DNA of 64,000 nt from Ylistrum balloti (lineage: Eukaryota): contig NW_026782160.1 in assembly GCF_031769215.1 (NCBI RefSeq), positions 124,001-188,000 on the forward strand. Reading direction: 5' to 3'. This document shows positions 38,352 to 51,370 of this stretch, piece by piece. Under the pieces are notes generated by a model. The model was not told the DNA's origin and searched no databases. It saw only the letters and a program-made list of their open reading frames with translations. The translations under genes were made by a program, and so were the position numbers. How positions within the stretch are numbered: the first letter of the stretch is position 1; each line of letters starts with the position of its first letter.

Positions 38352-40167
38352 TGATAGCGGTGAACTGACAGCAATGGTAACTTTTTGTAATATGGTCACA
38401 CAATTACCAAGGTATAAATAACAAAAAAAATCACTTTATAGAAAAAATAAGCATTGTATTTTTAATTCAAGTTCTTATGGAAAGCGTAAGATTGTGCCAA
38501 TATAAAGAAATGTAAAGTTCAAATGCGATTACAGAGTTACAATTACTTGAAAGAATTTTTGACACGAAAAAATATTTATAAATATTGACTAAATTGTCAA
38601 TTGACAACCACATAGACGACCAGACTGACTTGCCATATTCAATTTTTGTATCTCAATTACAGTTGAATTCAGGGTTAAGTTTTTATCGACTCACCGGAAA
38701 GCAACATCATAAGTCGATATTCACATAGGGAGTTTTGGAAGATCAATGGCTCTTAGATAATAGATGTCACGTATTTGTGCTTGCTGTACTCCATATTTTT
38801 GTGATAGTTGATACAAAGGCCGAAGTATGGTACCGTTTTTGCAATGATTAATACAAACGCCAAACTAAAGCGCCATTTTTGTAATTTTTGATACAAACAT
38901 CAAGATAGAGTATCATTTTCGTAATAACTAATACAAATGGCGACACACAGTGTCGTTTCTGATGTCAATGCTCTTCATTGAAGCGGCGCTTTCAGCATGT
39001 TCAGCCCGACGTCTGCATGTTTTTCGCCTGTCGAACTTTAGAACTGGGGTAATCCTTAAAGTTATGTGAAGCTGAACTGCATGTTTTAGGGGTACCGTGC
39101 TTGTCATGTCATTTCCAAACCAAGTCGTGTCTTACCTGACTCTACATCATTGGCCAATGGTATATAACTCTTGGTATTCAAATACGGCGTCATCATTGGA
39201 TTTTTGTTCAATATAGATATATAACACCATATCACGACAAAGGATTATTACAGCCCTTTCTCAACATAACTAATGAAAGAGTCGGTTAAATACAAACGGA
39301 CAAGGATTTAGGGTTAATGACACGACTAGAAAGACCGTTGTTGACATATTATTAGGAAGAATAACTGTTTCTGGCTTTCCGCCAGTTCATGTATTTTGAT
39401 TCCGATTCTTTCGATATTCAAGCATAAAAACATCTCTTTAGTCTTTGTTTAGAAGCACCAGTGCCCTGAGGCAGACTGGTGTCGTGAAACACTCTCTCGG
39501 CACTTTTTGGACTATAGTTCAGTTTAATTATCATGGAAGGTGTTTGAAAGAAAAACATGTATTTGTGAAGATGTCATTTTAAATCAAATTTATCTCGAAT
39601 TCTGATTCTGCTATTCCGTAAACACTTAATGTCAAAATTCATATGAAAAGATATCAAGGAAATATTCGAGACACAATAATTGGAGAAAAGATCCTGTGGT
39701 TTGTGTGTTTATTTAAAGCTGCGTGTATATAAAAAACCTCTATAACATTATTGAATAACATAATGCCAATACAATACAATACACGATGCACCAGGAAGGT
39801 GAAATCAAAAGTGGACATAAGATCAAATGGAAAACATGATGTTTCTACACACACACAAAAAGTGGGTCAGATTTCCGTACAAGTATTTATCTCTCATTCA
39901 TCTTTTTTTGAATGTCAAAACTTTACATTGGTATGACAGATGTTAACAAAACCTCTAATTGTTTGTTTGTTTTTTATTTTTTTTTTATATCCACCTGCGA
40001 ACAAATATATGTGGAGGATTGGGGTATGCAGGGATCACCTTGTTTTCTAGCTGTCCATCTATCTGGGATCTTTGGATTTAAGCAGAACTCCTCCTACAAC
40101 TCCACGTTACAGTACAAGAAAGATTATTATTTCAAAAACCAAGTAGCAGCACGATCAACATCGCGCA

Positions 40168-40592
40168 CGTAATAATATACATACGCGACACATATGTGTA
40201 AACACTTTCGTAATAATATACATACGCGACACGTGTGTAAACATTCCGTAATAATATACATACGCGACACATGTGTGTAAACATTCCGTAATAATATACA
40301 TACGCGACACATGTGTGTAAACATTCCGTAATCATATACATACGCGACAAATGTGTGCAAACACTTCCGTAATAATATACATACGCTACACATGTGTGTA
40401 AACATTCCGTAATAATATACATACGCGACACATGTGTGTAAACATTCCGTAATAATATACATACGCGACACATGTGTGTAAACATTCCGTATCACAAACA
40501 CTTCCGTAATAATATACATACGCTACACATGTGTGTAAACATTCCGTAATAATATACATACGCTACACATGTGTGTAAACACTTCCGTAATA
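40168..40592. repeat. Minisatellite, 40-bp unit, about 10-11 copies
   Basis: Unit acgcgacacatgtgtgtaaacattccgtaataatatacat, containing the palindrome ACACATGTGT. Confidence 0.96.
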
Positions 40593-40606
40593 AAAGTAAT
40601 AAACTT

Positions 40607-40941
40607 CCGTCCTCGATACTCGACCAATTTCGCTCTCTACACCCCTGTAACATGTCATTGTAAAATTGAAGGCTCCATGTACGACACCTTGAGGACAAGT
40701 CGGAAATACCAGGTTGATCCTTGGATGTACATCAAACGAATCTCGAGGTCCTACAGCGGTACGTTGCACTGGCTGTGAAGTTGGATGTCACTGTAATCTT
40801 TAGTAAAAGCGTATCAGCTTCTGGTTGATTATTTTGTTATCCTGGAACCAATTAAATTGCTTGTACCTTAAATGTTGCCATGACATGTTCCAGAGGTGCA
40901 GAGAGCGAAAGTGATCGTAACCCCTGGAGTATCAAGGATGG
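40607..40941. repeat. Imperfect inverted repeat (arms 40607-40658 and 40880-40941), possible MITE/foldback remnant
   Basis: The reverse complement of the left arm, atgacatgttacaggggtgtagagagcgaaattggtcg-agtatcgaggacgg, matches the right arm atgacatgttccagaggtgcagagagcgaaagtgatcg[9-10 nt]agtatcaaggatgg. Confidence 0.75.
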
Positions 40942-42336
40942 CAGAGACCGAAAAGTTTTTTTTTTTTTAATTTTGTCTTATTATTTCAAAATCTATGCTA
41001 AAAAACAATGTTGTTTATTCAACATCGGGTTATTTTCTTAGTATAAGGCGGGAGATGCATTCCTAATTACTATCTACCCCCAAAAGATCGCACAGTAGTA
41101 AAGGGTCAGGCAACAGTTGTCATTCATCGCATACTTCCAGATATTTCAAGGGGTATATATATATAAAACGTTTAAACTGAGCGGAAAGGAAAGTTAATTT
41201 ATTAACATAATGTATGTGAGTAATGAGCTTAATTAAACAACAATTGTCCCGTGCTCCCCGCGGCTGGAAAGTACGCAAGACCACCGTTGTTATCTCCCTT
41301 CAAACCGCTTAGGAAAATGTTGTGAAGAAAGCTTAGCCCATGACCAATCAAGGAACTTCGACACGATTTCAGACAATAGATATATGATATACATCAGCTT
41401 ATATACAATATCGAATTTATTAACTTCTTATTTGTTTAAGTATACCTTATCTAAAAGTTTGTAAGATATTTTGTGATCTATTAGATAAATGCCCTGATCA
41501 CTGTTGACTTTTAAAGGCTAAATTAAATGAGATCTTATCAGAATATTTGATAAATAATCAGAATCGGTGATACAAAAATTTAACGTTAACAGATGTTTTT
41601 CTCCGACATTTTGAGATCTTGATTGACGATGAACTTGATCGCCTATCAGAGATGTAGCTCACACGAGGTGTGTTTACCTGTCGCAGTTGACAATGAAAAG
41701 GAGGATAACTCTGTTTTTTTTAATATTAGATGGAAAAACAACGTATTTTCCTCAAATTTCAATTTAAAGCTAAAATCAACCTTTTTGTTTTTTTTTTAAA
41801 TCTAAATGAATTTCATGAAAACGAATACGTGTTCCCCCTTTCGATTGTTTTGAAGGTAACTGTCATGATTTTGTTATGACCATTTAATGTAAATATTGAC
41901 CTTGTTATAACAACCACAAAACCAGTAAACTGATTTCGGACAGGGATGTAAGTATTGGCAGACATTTCGCTATGCTTTTCACTATTTAATGTTATGGCAG
42001 CTTTATGTAACACGTCTGATACCAATCAAAAACGGGATCGAAAACTCGTTTTCCTTGTGATAAATATTATTCTGATTTTTGTTATCTACAATGTTTGGTC
42101 TATTTTTTGTGATATACTCGGATGAAAAGGAAACAACTTCAACTTTACGGTTTACTAGAATAATACTTATGAGCAATATGCCTAATTGTGAAATGCGAAA
42201 GGTAACTTTGAAAAACGGACAATTCGTCCTAAGATTTTCTGAGATTTTTAACAAATGAAGAATTCCTTATGCTGTCATGAATAAGGATACCCTAATGTAC
42301 ACAATATTGAAATAACGTCAGTTTTCAGATCGAACC

Positions 42337-43222
42337 CTAACATCGTGTGTGCCATTCCTGAACAGCTATAGCGTCCCTAGTTATTCGTGGCCTGGAGTTC
42401 ATAAGGACATTGACTGTCCGTCAAGGAATATCACTCCATTCCTCGGTAAGTGCGTTGGCCAATTAGAGGATGTTATTTATGATGTTTGCTCGATTCTGAA
42501 CTCTCCTGTCTAATTCATCCCACAAGTATTCGATTGGGGATAAATCGGGGCTATATAGATGCCAATCAATAGGGACGATGTTCTGGATTGCAAGAAAGTA
42601 CCTACAAACTCTCCTCACGTTTATGATCACCAAGGATATCTTAAAACCCTGGGCAATTCTTCCTCAAGCTATAACTAATCCATCACCAAATGTGTCTTGC
42701 TCCGCAACATAAGCGTCTGCAAGACGCTGTCCTCGACGCCGGTCACACGATGACGGCTATCGGACCGAAATAACGCGAATCAAAATCTATTTGTAAAGAG
42801 AGCAAGGACCTCCAGCGTTTGATATGGAAACGTATGGCCACATGTGCCGGCAATCATCGCATACGACGTGCTCAACGTTGAGGTGTCAGTGACAAACCAA
42901 CATACTGTCTATGTGGAAATAAATTTGCAACTCACAATCTGTTTCGGATATTTTTCGGTAGGTTCGACTGTTTTCTTTACCAATGGTATTTAGTGTCGTT
43001 AATCTCCTGTCACGCACGTGTGCAGGCCCAATGACCGATCTTGACGTCGCGAGGTCAGACGTCCGGATCTCATTCTGTCATCAACTCTTCTCGTGGCGTT
43101 GGGACGTACAACTAACCAACTTGTAGTTGATCTGTGATCTCCGAAGTGAGTAGCTGTAGAGCGATACCTTCAATGGACATTGTGAGACCCCGTCCTCTAT
43201 CAAGTAGGGTTAGTCGTGGCAT
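42337..43222 (-). pseudogene. Degraded Tc1-family (DD34E) transposase
   Basis: Manual minus-strand translation gives MPRLTLLDRGR..., GRLTSRRQDRS, ADAYVAEQDTFGDGLVIA*GRIAQG, RVCRYFLAIQNIVPIDWHLYSPDLSPIEYLWDELDRRVQNR and EEWSDIP*RTVNVLMNS...WHTRC*. There are stops and frameshifts, and the QQDNA (second Asp) segment is deleted. A possible right TIR end (gttgcgtttc...ttcagtata) lies at about 43425-43451. Confidence 0.9.
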
Positions 43223-44989
43223 ATTTGTAAATCAGAATTTGTCACTTGTTTGAATGAAGCAGAACGCATGCATTTGTACAGTCACGGTTTATCGGTAATT
43301 TAGGCGCGCCTGGATTAGTCACAAATGACGGATTTGGAGGATTATGTAAGCTGTCCCAGTATTCCTCTTACCTTTCTTTATGTGGCTATGTATATTCAGT
43401 ACACAATATTTTACAATGTAATAAGTTGCGTTTCATTATCTTTTCAGTATAATATTACATTGTTTGCGAAAGATTAATATTATATCACAAATATAGCTCT
43501 ACGGTGTCTACTCCAAATAAAGATGCCATAACTCAAAAACAATACGGTAAAAAGTGCATATAAATTTTGAATAAGCTTCACAAATGCTTTTTCCACTTTT
43601 ACCTACAAATTTTATCATACATGGAATACTGTACTTATTTCCTAACGACTCGAGGAATAGGCGAGTTCATAACCCCGTGAAATACAAACACATTTGGAAT
43701 CTGCAAATCAAGATCGAAAGCGAAATATTTAAAAAATTCTGAAAAATCTCGGTAATCAGATACACAGTCGCATTTGGCGATTTTTGAAATTTCGTAGCTA
43801 TCTTTGGTGACATAAGCCAATGAGAAAATTCAGCTATCATAGCTTCGTTAGGTGTTATTTTTTAAGTGTGGCCAGGACAAAATTTACACAATGGGTATTG
43901 CAACACTGAAAAAACGGATCAAAATATGACAAAACGAAAATGTCGACGACAGGAATGTTAAAAAGAGTTTTGAGTTGATCATGGAAACGTTTTGATATTT
44001 CCCGTGTATTTCATTGCGAAACCAGTAGACTTCCCTTATGAGCACGTGACACGACTTGGACTTCGTCAGCAATAAATAGAAAACTCTTACCCTTCCAGAA
44101 TACACTTACTCTTTCATGGGTGTTTGTAAAGCATTGCTTTGTTCATACTTTGTCCCTTTTTTCTGAGTATTCTACCATCCCATGATGTCTACAAATTATA
44201 GACTCTAGATCAGCTTGAAGGGAAGTTATGTCCTAGACATACGAAACCAAGAAACGCAACGCAAAGTTTGAGGGATGTTTTAGACACTTAAGTTTGGTTT
44301 GGCAAAGTAAAAAAAAAATATATATATGCTGGGCGCACCAACACATGCCCCTCCCATGTCAAAGATATCATGTTATAGCAGACAGCGCACGATACAAGTA
44401 TCGAAATTGTAATAAAATGTCAGGAGGAAAACGGTATTTTAATCATTTTAATGACAGAGGCAATATCCTCTGGACAAGTTGGGAAGAACAAAGGTCAGGT
44501 TTCAAAGATATTGGTTAAAAACTGGGGGAGAAGATATCGGAAAGAAATAAAAAGACAACAAATCTTCCTGAATTGTAAAATCATGCCATTAAGGAATGTA
44601 CGGCTTATGAAGCCTACAATTTAGAGAGAAATAGTTGTAAATAGACAGTTCCCATACAAAATTTAAATGCTAAACAAAGGCGGGACAATTACCCCTTCAA
44701 ATAACTGCTGAATTAAACTATTACGCCTACAAAGTTTTGAAAAAAAAATCGGTTTAAAGATTGTAATGAAAAATAACAAGGGAATCTTGGAAACTTCCAA
44801 ATACAATAGACTAGTTTTGGAACAAAGTGATCTAGTAAGGCTACCTGGTTAGAAAGATGGGCTGAAAAATGCCAGATCTCAGCACAAATGTTTACGACCA
44901 ATGGCCAATTATTTGACTGAAGTATAACAAAGAGCATGACTACAGTCACAATGACCGTCAGAGGCTGGTTATGCTTCCCGTATCGGAGA

Positions 44990-45198
44990 AAAAAATAGGA
45001 ATGAAAAATAACAAAGGGCAATAACTCCTACATTATTTAAAAGAGAAAAATAGTTCCTGTGCAATGCACTTGTTGAGATCTATCTACCAAGGACTTTTCA
45101 TGTTGATACCTCATATAGTTTTTGGTGTAATGCTCCAGACAAAATCATGACCAACGGACAAAGTGGCGACTATATGCTTTCTTCAGGGAGCATAAAAA
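44990..45198 (+). mobile_element. 3' part of a bivalve HINE/Helentron-associated non-autonomous element (pearl/CvA-like)
   Basis: aagggcaataactcc core motif, tttcatgttgatacctc, a degenerate ACGG microsatellite remnant (ccaacggaca), and terminal gcgactatatgct...gggagcataaaaa hairpin before an A-run. The family assignment is from recall. Confidence 0.6.
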
Positions 45199-45762
45199 TG
45201 GCTACAGAAATATGCGTGCAACATTCCCCACCTCTCATAATGCACCAATTATCAGAAATTCATATAAAGTTTGAACACTCGCCCAAAAAATTCGGGCCAA
45301 GACTGACACATACACACACTCTTTCCCTCTCTTTAGGTCATAGGACCTCAATGCAAAACTCTAAAGCAATCTCTATGTTTTCACTTTTTTTGCTCTTTTT
45401 ATTTATCGTTTTTTTTTTTGAAACACATAACAGCCGACAACTTATAAAAAAATAATGACATGACAAAACGAGGAAAATGACGGTAATGATGGTAAGTTAT
45501 GGAGGATGAATTCTGAACTTAATGTTAAAGGTATTGTTGATCATGTTGCTTCTTCCTTCAAGATGTTATGTTCTCACAATCTTTATCTTGAAACTAAAAT
45601 TGTGCATTACTAATGTCAAATTAATAGTTCCAAGATGGAATGTCTATTTATAGCTAGAAGAAACCACAAGTCTGCATTATTGTAAATGCCAAACAGGTAT
45701 TCCTGATATTTTGTGTTAACATCTGCTCTATGGTCCATTGCTGAAGATTTAATTATGACTAT

Positions 45763-48700
45763 TTAATCTACTTCTTCCATTCTTGAAGCATCATCTTCAT
45801 CCCCTTCTAATGGTGGAGGCTCTTCTGTATTCTCGTCTGTTTCTGGTGCTCCAGCGTCATCATCATCGATTCCTACAATAGATTTATTCAATTTTTCATC
45901 ATGGTTATACTTCATAATTTTCCTACTCCTTCAGCTGAAATCAGATGTTATCCAAATTTTCAAGATTTTTCCTGGAATTGCAGTGACCAAACACCAAGTT
46001 GACTTGGATACCCGACCAGCATAGCAAGTTTTTATGTATGCAGTCCTCAATGGATTAGAAATTGCTATGTACTTTTTAACTACTTCTGAAGGTTCTAGAA
46101 GTTCAACAAAGAATATTTTAATTCCAATGTATAAGGAACATGAGTGTGAATAAAAACATCAGGAGTTAAAATTTTGGGTTGAAAACTTTCAATTTGACAC
46201 AAAACTTTTCATATAATAAGGATTTTTTTCCAGGACACCAATATAATGGCACATTTTAAAGAAAACATGACTTGACCAATTAAATCAACAAAACTTTCAT
46301 ACTAAAGTATATTGATATTACTGTCTTACCGAGACCAAGTTTGATCATCCTGTGGATTCTGTTTGCATGAGTTCCGGGCTCCTCCAAAGAAAATCCGGAT
46401 GCAAGCATTGAGGTTTCGAACAGCAGCAGAACCAAATCTTTCACAGATTTGTCATTTTTATCAGCTGTAGCTTTCTCTTTTAAGGACTTGATGATGGCAT
46501 GGTCAGGATTTATCTCTAGATGTTTCTTGGCAGCCATGTATCCCATAGTGGATGAATCCCTGAGAGCCTGAGCTTTCATGATCCTCTCCATGTTTGCAGA
46601 CCAACCATACTGACTTGTTACAATACAGCAAGGTGATGTGACAAGTCGGTTAGAAACAGTTACCTGCAAAAAATACACCAAAGGTAAACCTCAATGGAAA
46701 TAAAAATTTAAGTTTTATTACTCTTTACCATGAACAGTTTTCCCCAGTGTTAAATTTGCTCTCAAACCATTCCTTTAGCCAATGTTTTACCTTCCCTTTC
46801 CTAACAATCTCAATTTAGAAACAAGTTTAGCTCATTTCTTCTTGCCCTAAAATCTACAGCCCTTTCATCATTCATTAAGTAGCCTGGCTGCTCAGTGTAA
46901 AAGTTAATATAAAACTTTAATCATCAATAATACAATGCAATATCATTTGTATGAATGCAAATCAAATCTTTTAAAAGTACAATGTCTTGGCTTATGATTT
47001 GTCGGTTTCGTCAAAATTGACCCAACTGACATTTTTGCCATATGATCTTGGTGTTTGAGAAAAACCAACATTGTTTGTAAATAGCTTTCCTCACATTTAC
47101 ATATTATCCTCCAGTCAGAGACTTATCGTCTTATTGAACTTACAAACCTTTTCAACTTTCTTGTCCAGGATTTCTTTGATTACTTTACAAAGTCCCTCAT
47201 ATGCAGCTGTAGCTTCCTCAAATCGCTTCTTTTCCTCTTCATCCTCTGGTAATTCCAAGCCTTCCTTTGTTACGGACACCAGGGTCTTTCCATCATATTC
47301 CTTCAGTTGTTGTACTGCATATTCGTCAATAGGGTCCACCATGTAGATCACTTCAATACCCCTCTTCTTGACATTCTCTACAAATGCTGAACTTTGGACA
47401 ACCTCTCGGCTCTCACCTGTAATACAGAACCAAATTGATTACAAATACAATATTAAAAGATGCCTATTCCGACAAGTCTTGTCAGTAGCTTTAATGTACA
47501 GCTACAATTAGTGCCAGTGTTGCCCATACATTAATCCTGGAATACACACCAGCACTAATCCTAGTCTCTGCTAGGTTTATATATATATATATATAAAAAA
47601 CAACAACATGCAAACAAAACCAACAACTAGATTCCTTCAAAGTTGTACGAGCTCATGCTTGTCATGTTTTACCAGGATATTAAACACACTTTTAACAGCA
47701 GATCAGCAGCTGTGTATTTTTATTTAATGCCTAAATTTATCCCAAATTTATACCTGTGATGTAGTAAATGCTCTTCTGGTTTTCCTTCATCCTGGAGACA
47801 TATTCCTTGAGTGAGGTCATTTCATCCCCAGACTGAGATGTATGGTATCGGAGGAAATCTGCTATTTTCTTCCTGTTTGTTGTATCTTCATGAATTCCAA
47901 GCTGAAGAATAGCAATAAATATTTGTTATATTATAATTGTGCCGAATTTGAGATTTTTTTGATACTTCTTCTGCATCATTAATCACATACTGACATCCTT
48001 TTACAAAAACACAATAATAATAAACAGCAATACATTTAAATTCTAGCCACAACACTTTAAAAACTACTGCAACTCTTTGCTTTTCATTAAAACCACCAAT
48101 CACCCATTTTAGAAACTTAGAAACCCCATACATTACGGTAAAGCTTGTTTATACGTACTTTCAGGTTCTTGGCGAATTGTTCGTAGAATTTCTTGTAATT
48201 CTCTTTGTCCTCTGCAATGTCATCAAAGAGCTCCATGCACTTCTTTACCAAGTTCTTTCTGATGACTTTAAGGATTTTACTTTGTTGAAGCATTTCTCTT
48301 GAAATGTTCAATGGCAGATCTTCAGAGTCGACCACACCACGGACAAAGTTGAGGTATTCTGGAATGACCTCATCGCAATTGTCCATAATAAACACTCTCC
48401 TTACATATAACTTGATGTTGTTCTTCTTTTTCTTGTTCTCAAACAGGTCAAATGGTGCTCTCCTTGGAACAAACAGCAATGCTCGAAATTCAAGCTGACC
48501 TTCCACAGAGAAATGCTGTAAACAAAAGTTTATTTATTAGTTTATCAGATGGATAACAGAATATAAACAATTACTTTCTTCCAAACCTCTCCAACAATCT
48601 ATATTAGTATAATTTGATTAAGATTTTGACTGAAAAATGCGAAATTATTAAGGCAGTGATGAATTTATCAAATCTCTGGATATTGAATAAGACATCTGTC

Positions 48701-49672
48701 AAAGTTAATCTAGATATAAAGATACAATACCTTGACAGCTAAATGGTCCTCCCAGTCATTAGTGAGAGACTTGTAGAACTCCCCATACTCCTCCTGTGTG
48801 ATGTCATCAGGGTTTCGGGTCCAGATTGGTTTTGTTTTGTTCAATTCCTCATCCTCCATATACTTTTCCTTGATCTTCTTCTTTTTCTTATCTTTTGATT
48901 TATCTTCATCATCATCATCTTCATCATCCAAGTCTTCCACTTTTGGCTTCTCATCTTCATTTTTTTCAGCATCTTTGTCCTCTTCTTTCTTTTCTTCTTC
49001 TTCTTCATCATCGGACACTTCTACATCCCTTTCCTTTTCTACTTGCAGCTTAATTGGGTAGCCAATGAACTGACTGTGTTTTTTGACAATTTCTTTCACC
49101 TTCTTTTCCTCAAGATACTCAGCTTGATCTTCCTTCATGTGCAAGGTGATTTTTGTGCCTCTGTTGAAAGAGCCATCTCCACTTCTGACAGTGAAAGATC
49201 CACCAGCTGATGATTCCCAGACATAGTGTTCATCGTCGTTGTTCTTTGTCTCAACCACGACTTTGTCGGCAACCAGGTAGGCAGAATAGAAACCTACACC
49301 AAATTGTCCAATCATGGAAATATCTGCACCAGCTTGCAAGGCCTCCATAAAAGCTTTGGTACCGGAGCGAGCAATGGTTCCAAGATTGTTTACCAAATCG
49401 GCCTTGGTCATTCCAATTCCTGTATCCATAATGGTAAGAGTGTTGTCATCTTTGTTGGGAACAAGCTTTATTTCTAGATCTTTGCCTGAATCCAGTTTTG
49501 ATGGATCAGTGAGGCTTTCATAGCGGATTTTGTCAAGAGCATCAGAACAATTGGAGATCAATTCACGGAGAAAGATTTCCTTGTTGGAATAGAAGGTGTT
49601 GATGATCAAACTCATCAACTGAGCAATCTCTGCTTGAAAAGCAAATGTCTCCACATCTCCTCCATCTTCCAT
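45763..49672 (-). CDS. HSP90: Cytosolic heat shock protein 90 (HSP90A/HSP83 type), 6 coding exons, 719 aa
   Basis: Exons 48731-49672, 48159-48515, 47754-47901, 47148-47416, 46330-46663, 45763-45872. All GT-AG and phase-consistent, total 2160 nt. Signatures [61 protein letters not shown]; C-terminal MEEVD then TAA. Confidence 0.99.
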
Positions 49673-50503
49673 GACTTGTTCTTTTATCTGCAGAGAAAAT
49701 AAGCATATCATGATTATGCATATTAATACCTGCATTGGGTCCTAATAAATGGTCAACTCTGCAATGTGCTGTGTGTAATGTTGAGATAGTCTCAGTTTTT
49801 GCAACTTTATTGCATATCCACACACTCCTTGACATTTTTTATTGTCTCCAAAGAAATCTATGAAATTCTTAGAGACAAAAACTGGTTAAGAAAAATATCT
49901 TATAACAAAAGTCTGAATTTCAAAATGTAATACGTGTTGTAATGAAAATTATGTTTGTTGGTGCAATGATGATTAATTGAAATGTATATGCGTCATCCTT
50001 AAAGTGTATGTACAATATATGAAATTTTCCAAAACAACTAATTCAAAAAGAAAATACAATTAGATGAAAATGCTCGTAATACGCAATACCTGCCATTTTT
50101 AATGTTGCACTCATCATTATCTTCAGTATGTTGAAGAAGGTCGATTAGCGGGTATATTAAATGTAGATGAGAAATGCATTGTACACCATATAAAAGCACA
50201 AACACAATCTTCTACACAGTAATGTCATTACGATATCGAAAGTGAAAATAAATTTCCAAGTACACAAGTTGCACACGCATATCAAACACATAAATCGAAT
50301 ATACAAATTATCACATTTATTAATCGTGCTCGACACATGCGGATACATGTACCGCGTGCGATCATCACATTCAATGAAGACCCACGTGCTTTCTAAAATT
50401 TAGAAAAGGAAAAGAAAACAATTTACAATTATCATAAAATACAAATATGAATTTACTATTGTGCATTTAGTCTACTCTGTAACATCTGGTTATAAACTCT
50501 TAC

Positions 50504-50614
50504 CTTTGTTCTTTTTCTTAAATGTGTTTCTAGTCTCTTTCCTTTAGCCTGTTCTTTTCGGCGTGCCGGCTGCTAATCTGTCTGATGTGAAGCACGCTTT
50601 GGACTTTATGTATA
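50504..50614 (-). promoter_or_regulatory. HSP90 core promoter and non-coding exon 1
   Basis: TATA-like TATACATAAA at 50614-50605, Inr-like ATCAGA near 50586-50581, donor AG|GTAAGA at 50504/50503; the matching acceptor is at 49688. Confidence 0.75.
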
Positions 50615-50624
50615 TCACTACACG

Positions 50625-50644
50625 TTTCCCGAACCATCGAGAAC
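50625..50644. promoter_or_regulatory. Proximal heat-shock element
   Basis: TTCnnGAAnnATCnnGAA (50626, 50631, 50636, 50641) in exact 5-bp register, immediately upstream of the TATA-like box. Confidence 0.8.
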
Positions 50645-50839
50645 ACAAATTTGGCAAAATACATAATTTACATCTACGCAATATGTTAAGAGTACAAAAC
50701 GAAATGCAATATCAGAAACCATGAGAAATTAGGAATTTCTACATTGCTAAAGCGAACAAGAAGCTACGAACAAACCAAATCAAGTGAACTATTTGCGGAA
50801 GTTGGAGTGTACTAATTATATGCCGGCGTAAACAGATAT

Positions 50840-50884
50840 TTTCTAGAACACTCTGTCGGAAGTAGGCTTGTTCTGGAAGATTCT
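50840..50884. promoter_or_regulatory. Heat-shock element cluster
   Basis: TTCtaGAA at 50841-50848 and a perfect TTCtgGAAgaTTC at 50871-50883. Confidence 0.8.
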
Positions 50885-51355
50885 GCTGTAACGATATCCG
50901 GTGATCGAAAGGGGTCGTTTCGGTGTGCTTCGCTGACATAGGAAAATAAACTTTTTCTTGTATCCTAAATTGTGTGTTGTTAAGAGCGTTACTCGAGAAA
51001 AATTGATTATTTTTTATAAATTGTCAGATGACTCACAGATTATTCATTTTGAGTTATTTTATAAACTGGAAACTGAAAGCTCGGTTTTAATTTTGATTAT
51101 TGTCACGGATAAGCATATTTAGTGACAAAGAGTAATTAACTGATAGTTTTTGTTTTATCTACTGCAGCAGACGTCAGGGACTGGTTGTATCGAGAATGCT
51201 AAATTATATGGATTTACTCATAGACTTTAGTTTAAGTCCCTTTATCTTATCAGCAGAGACATATATAACACATATATGATATATACGTCTCTGGTTCAGC
51301 CAACAGATGAAATCGAACTTTTGATTTGGTGATGATTTTTTTTAAAGGTAGGACT

Positions 51356-51370
51356 GGAACTTTCTAGAAA
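51356..51370. promoter_or_regulatory. Distal heat-shock element
   Basis: Perfect GAActTTCtaGAA at 51357-51369. Confidence 0.6.

Noticed and set aside
36124-38374. 514-, 455-, 247- and 226-aa ORFs
   Set aside because: Overlapping open frames on both strands come from a 42-bp unit divisible by three.
41600-42336. Left TIR of the Tc1 element
   Set aside because: No complement of the putative right end was found, so the element limits are not called.
47071-49523. Plus-strand Ser/Phe-rich ORFs (47071, 48304, 48798, 49226, 49314)
   Set aside because: Antisense shadows of HSP90 exons.
49688-49735. ORF-track start [16 protein letters not shown] as an HSP90 N-terminal or signal-like extension
   Set aside because: It lies in the polypyrimidine/acceptor region of intron 1, and the protein is cytosolic (MEEVD).
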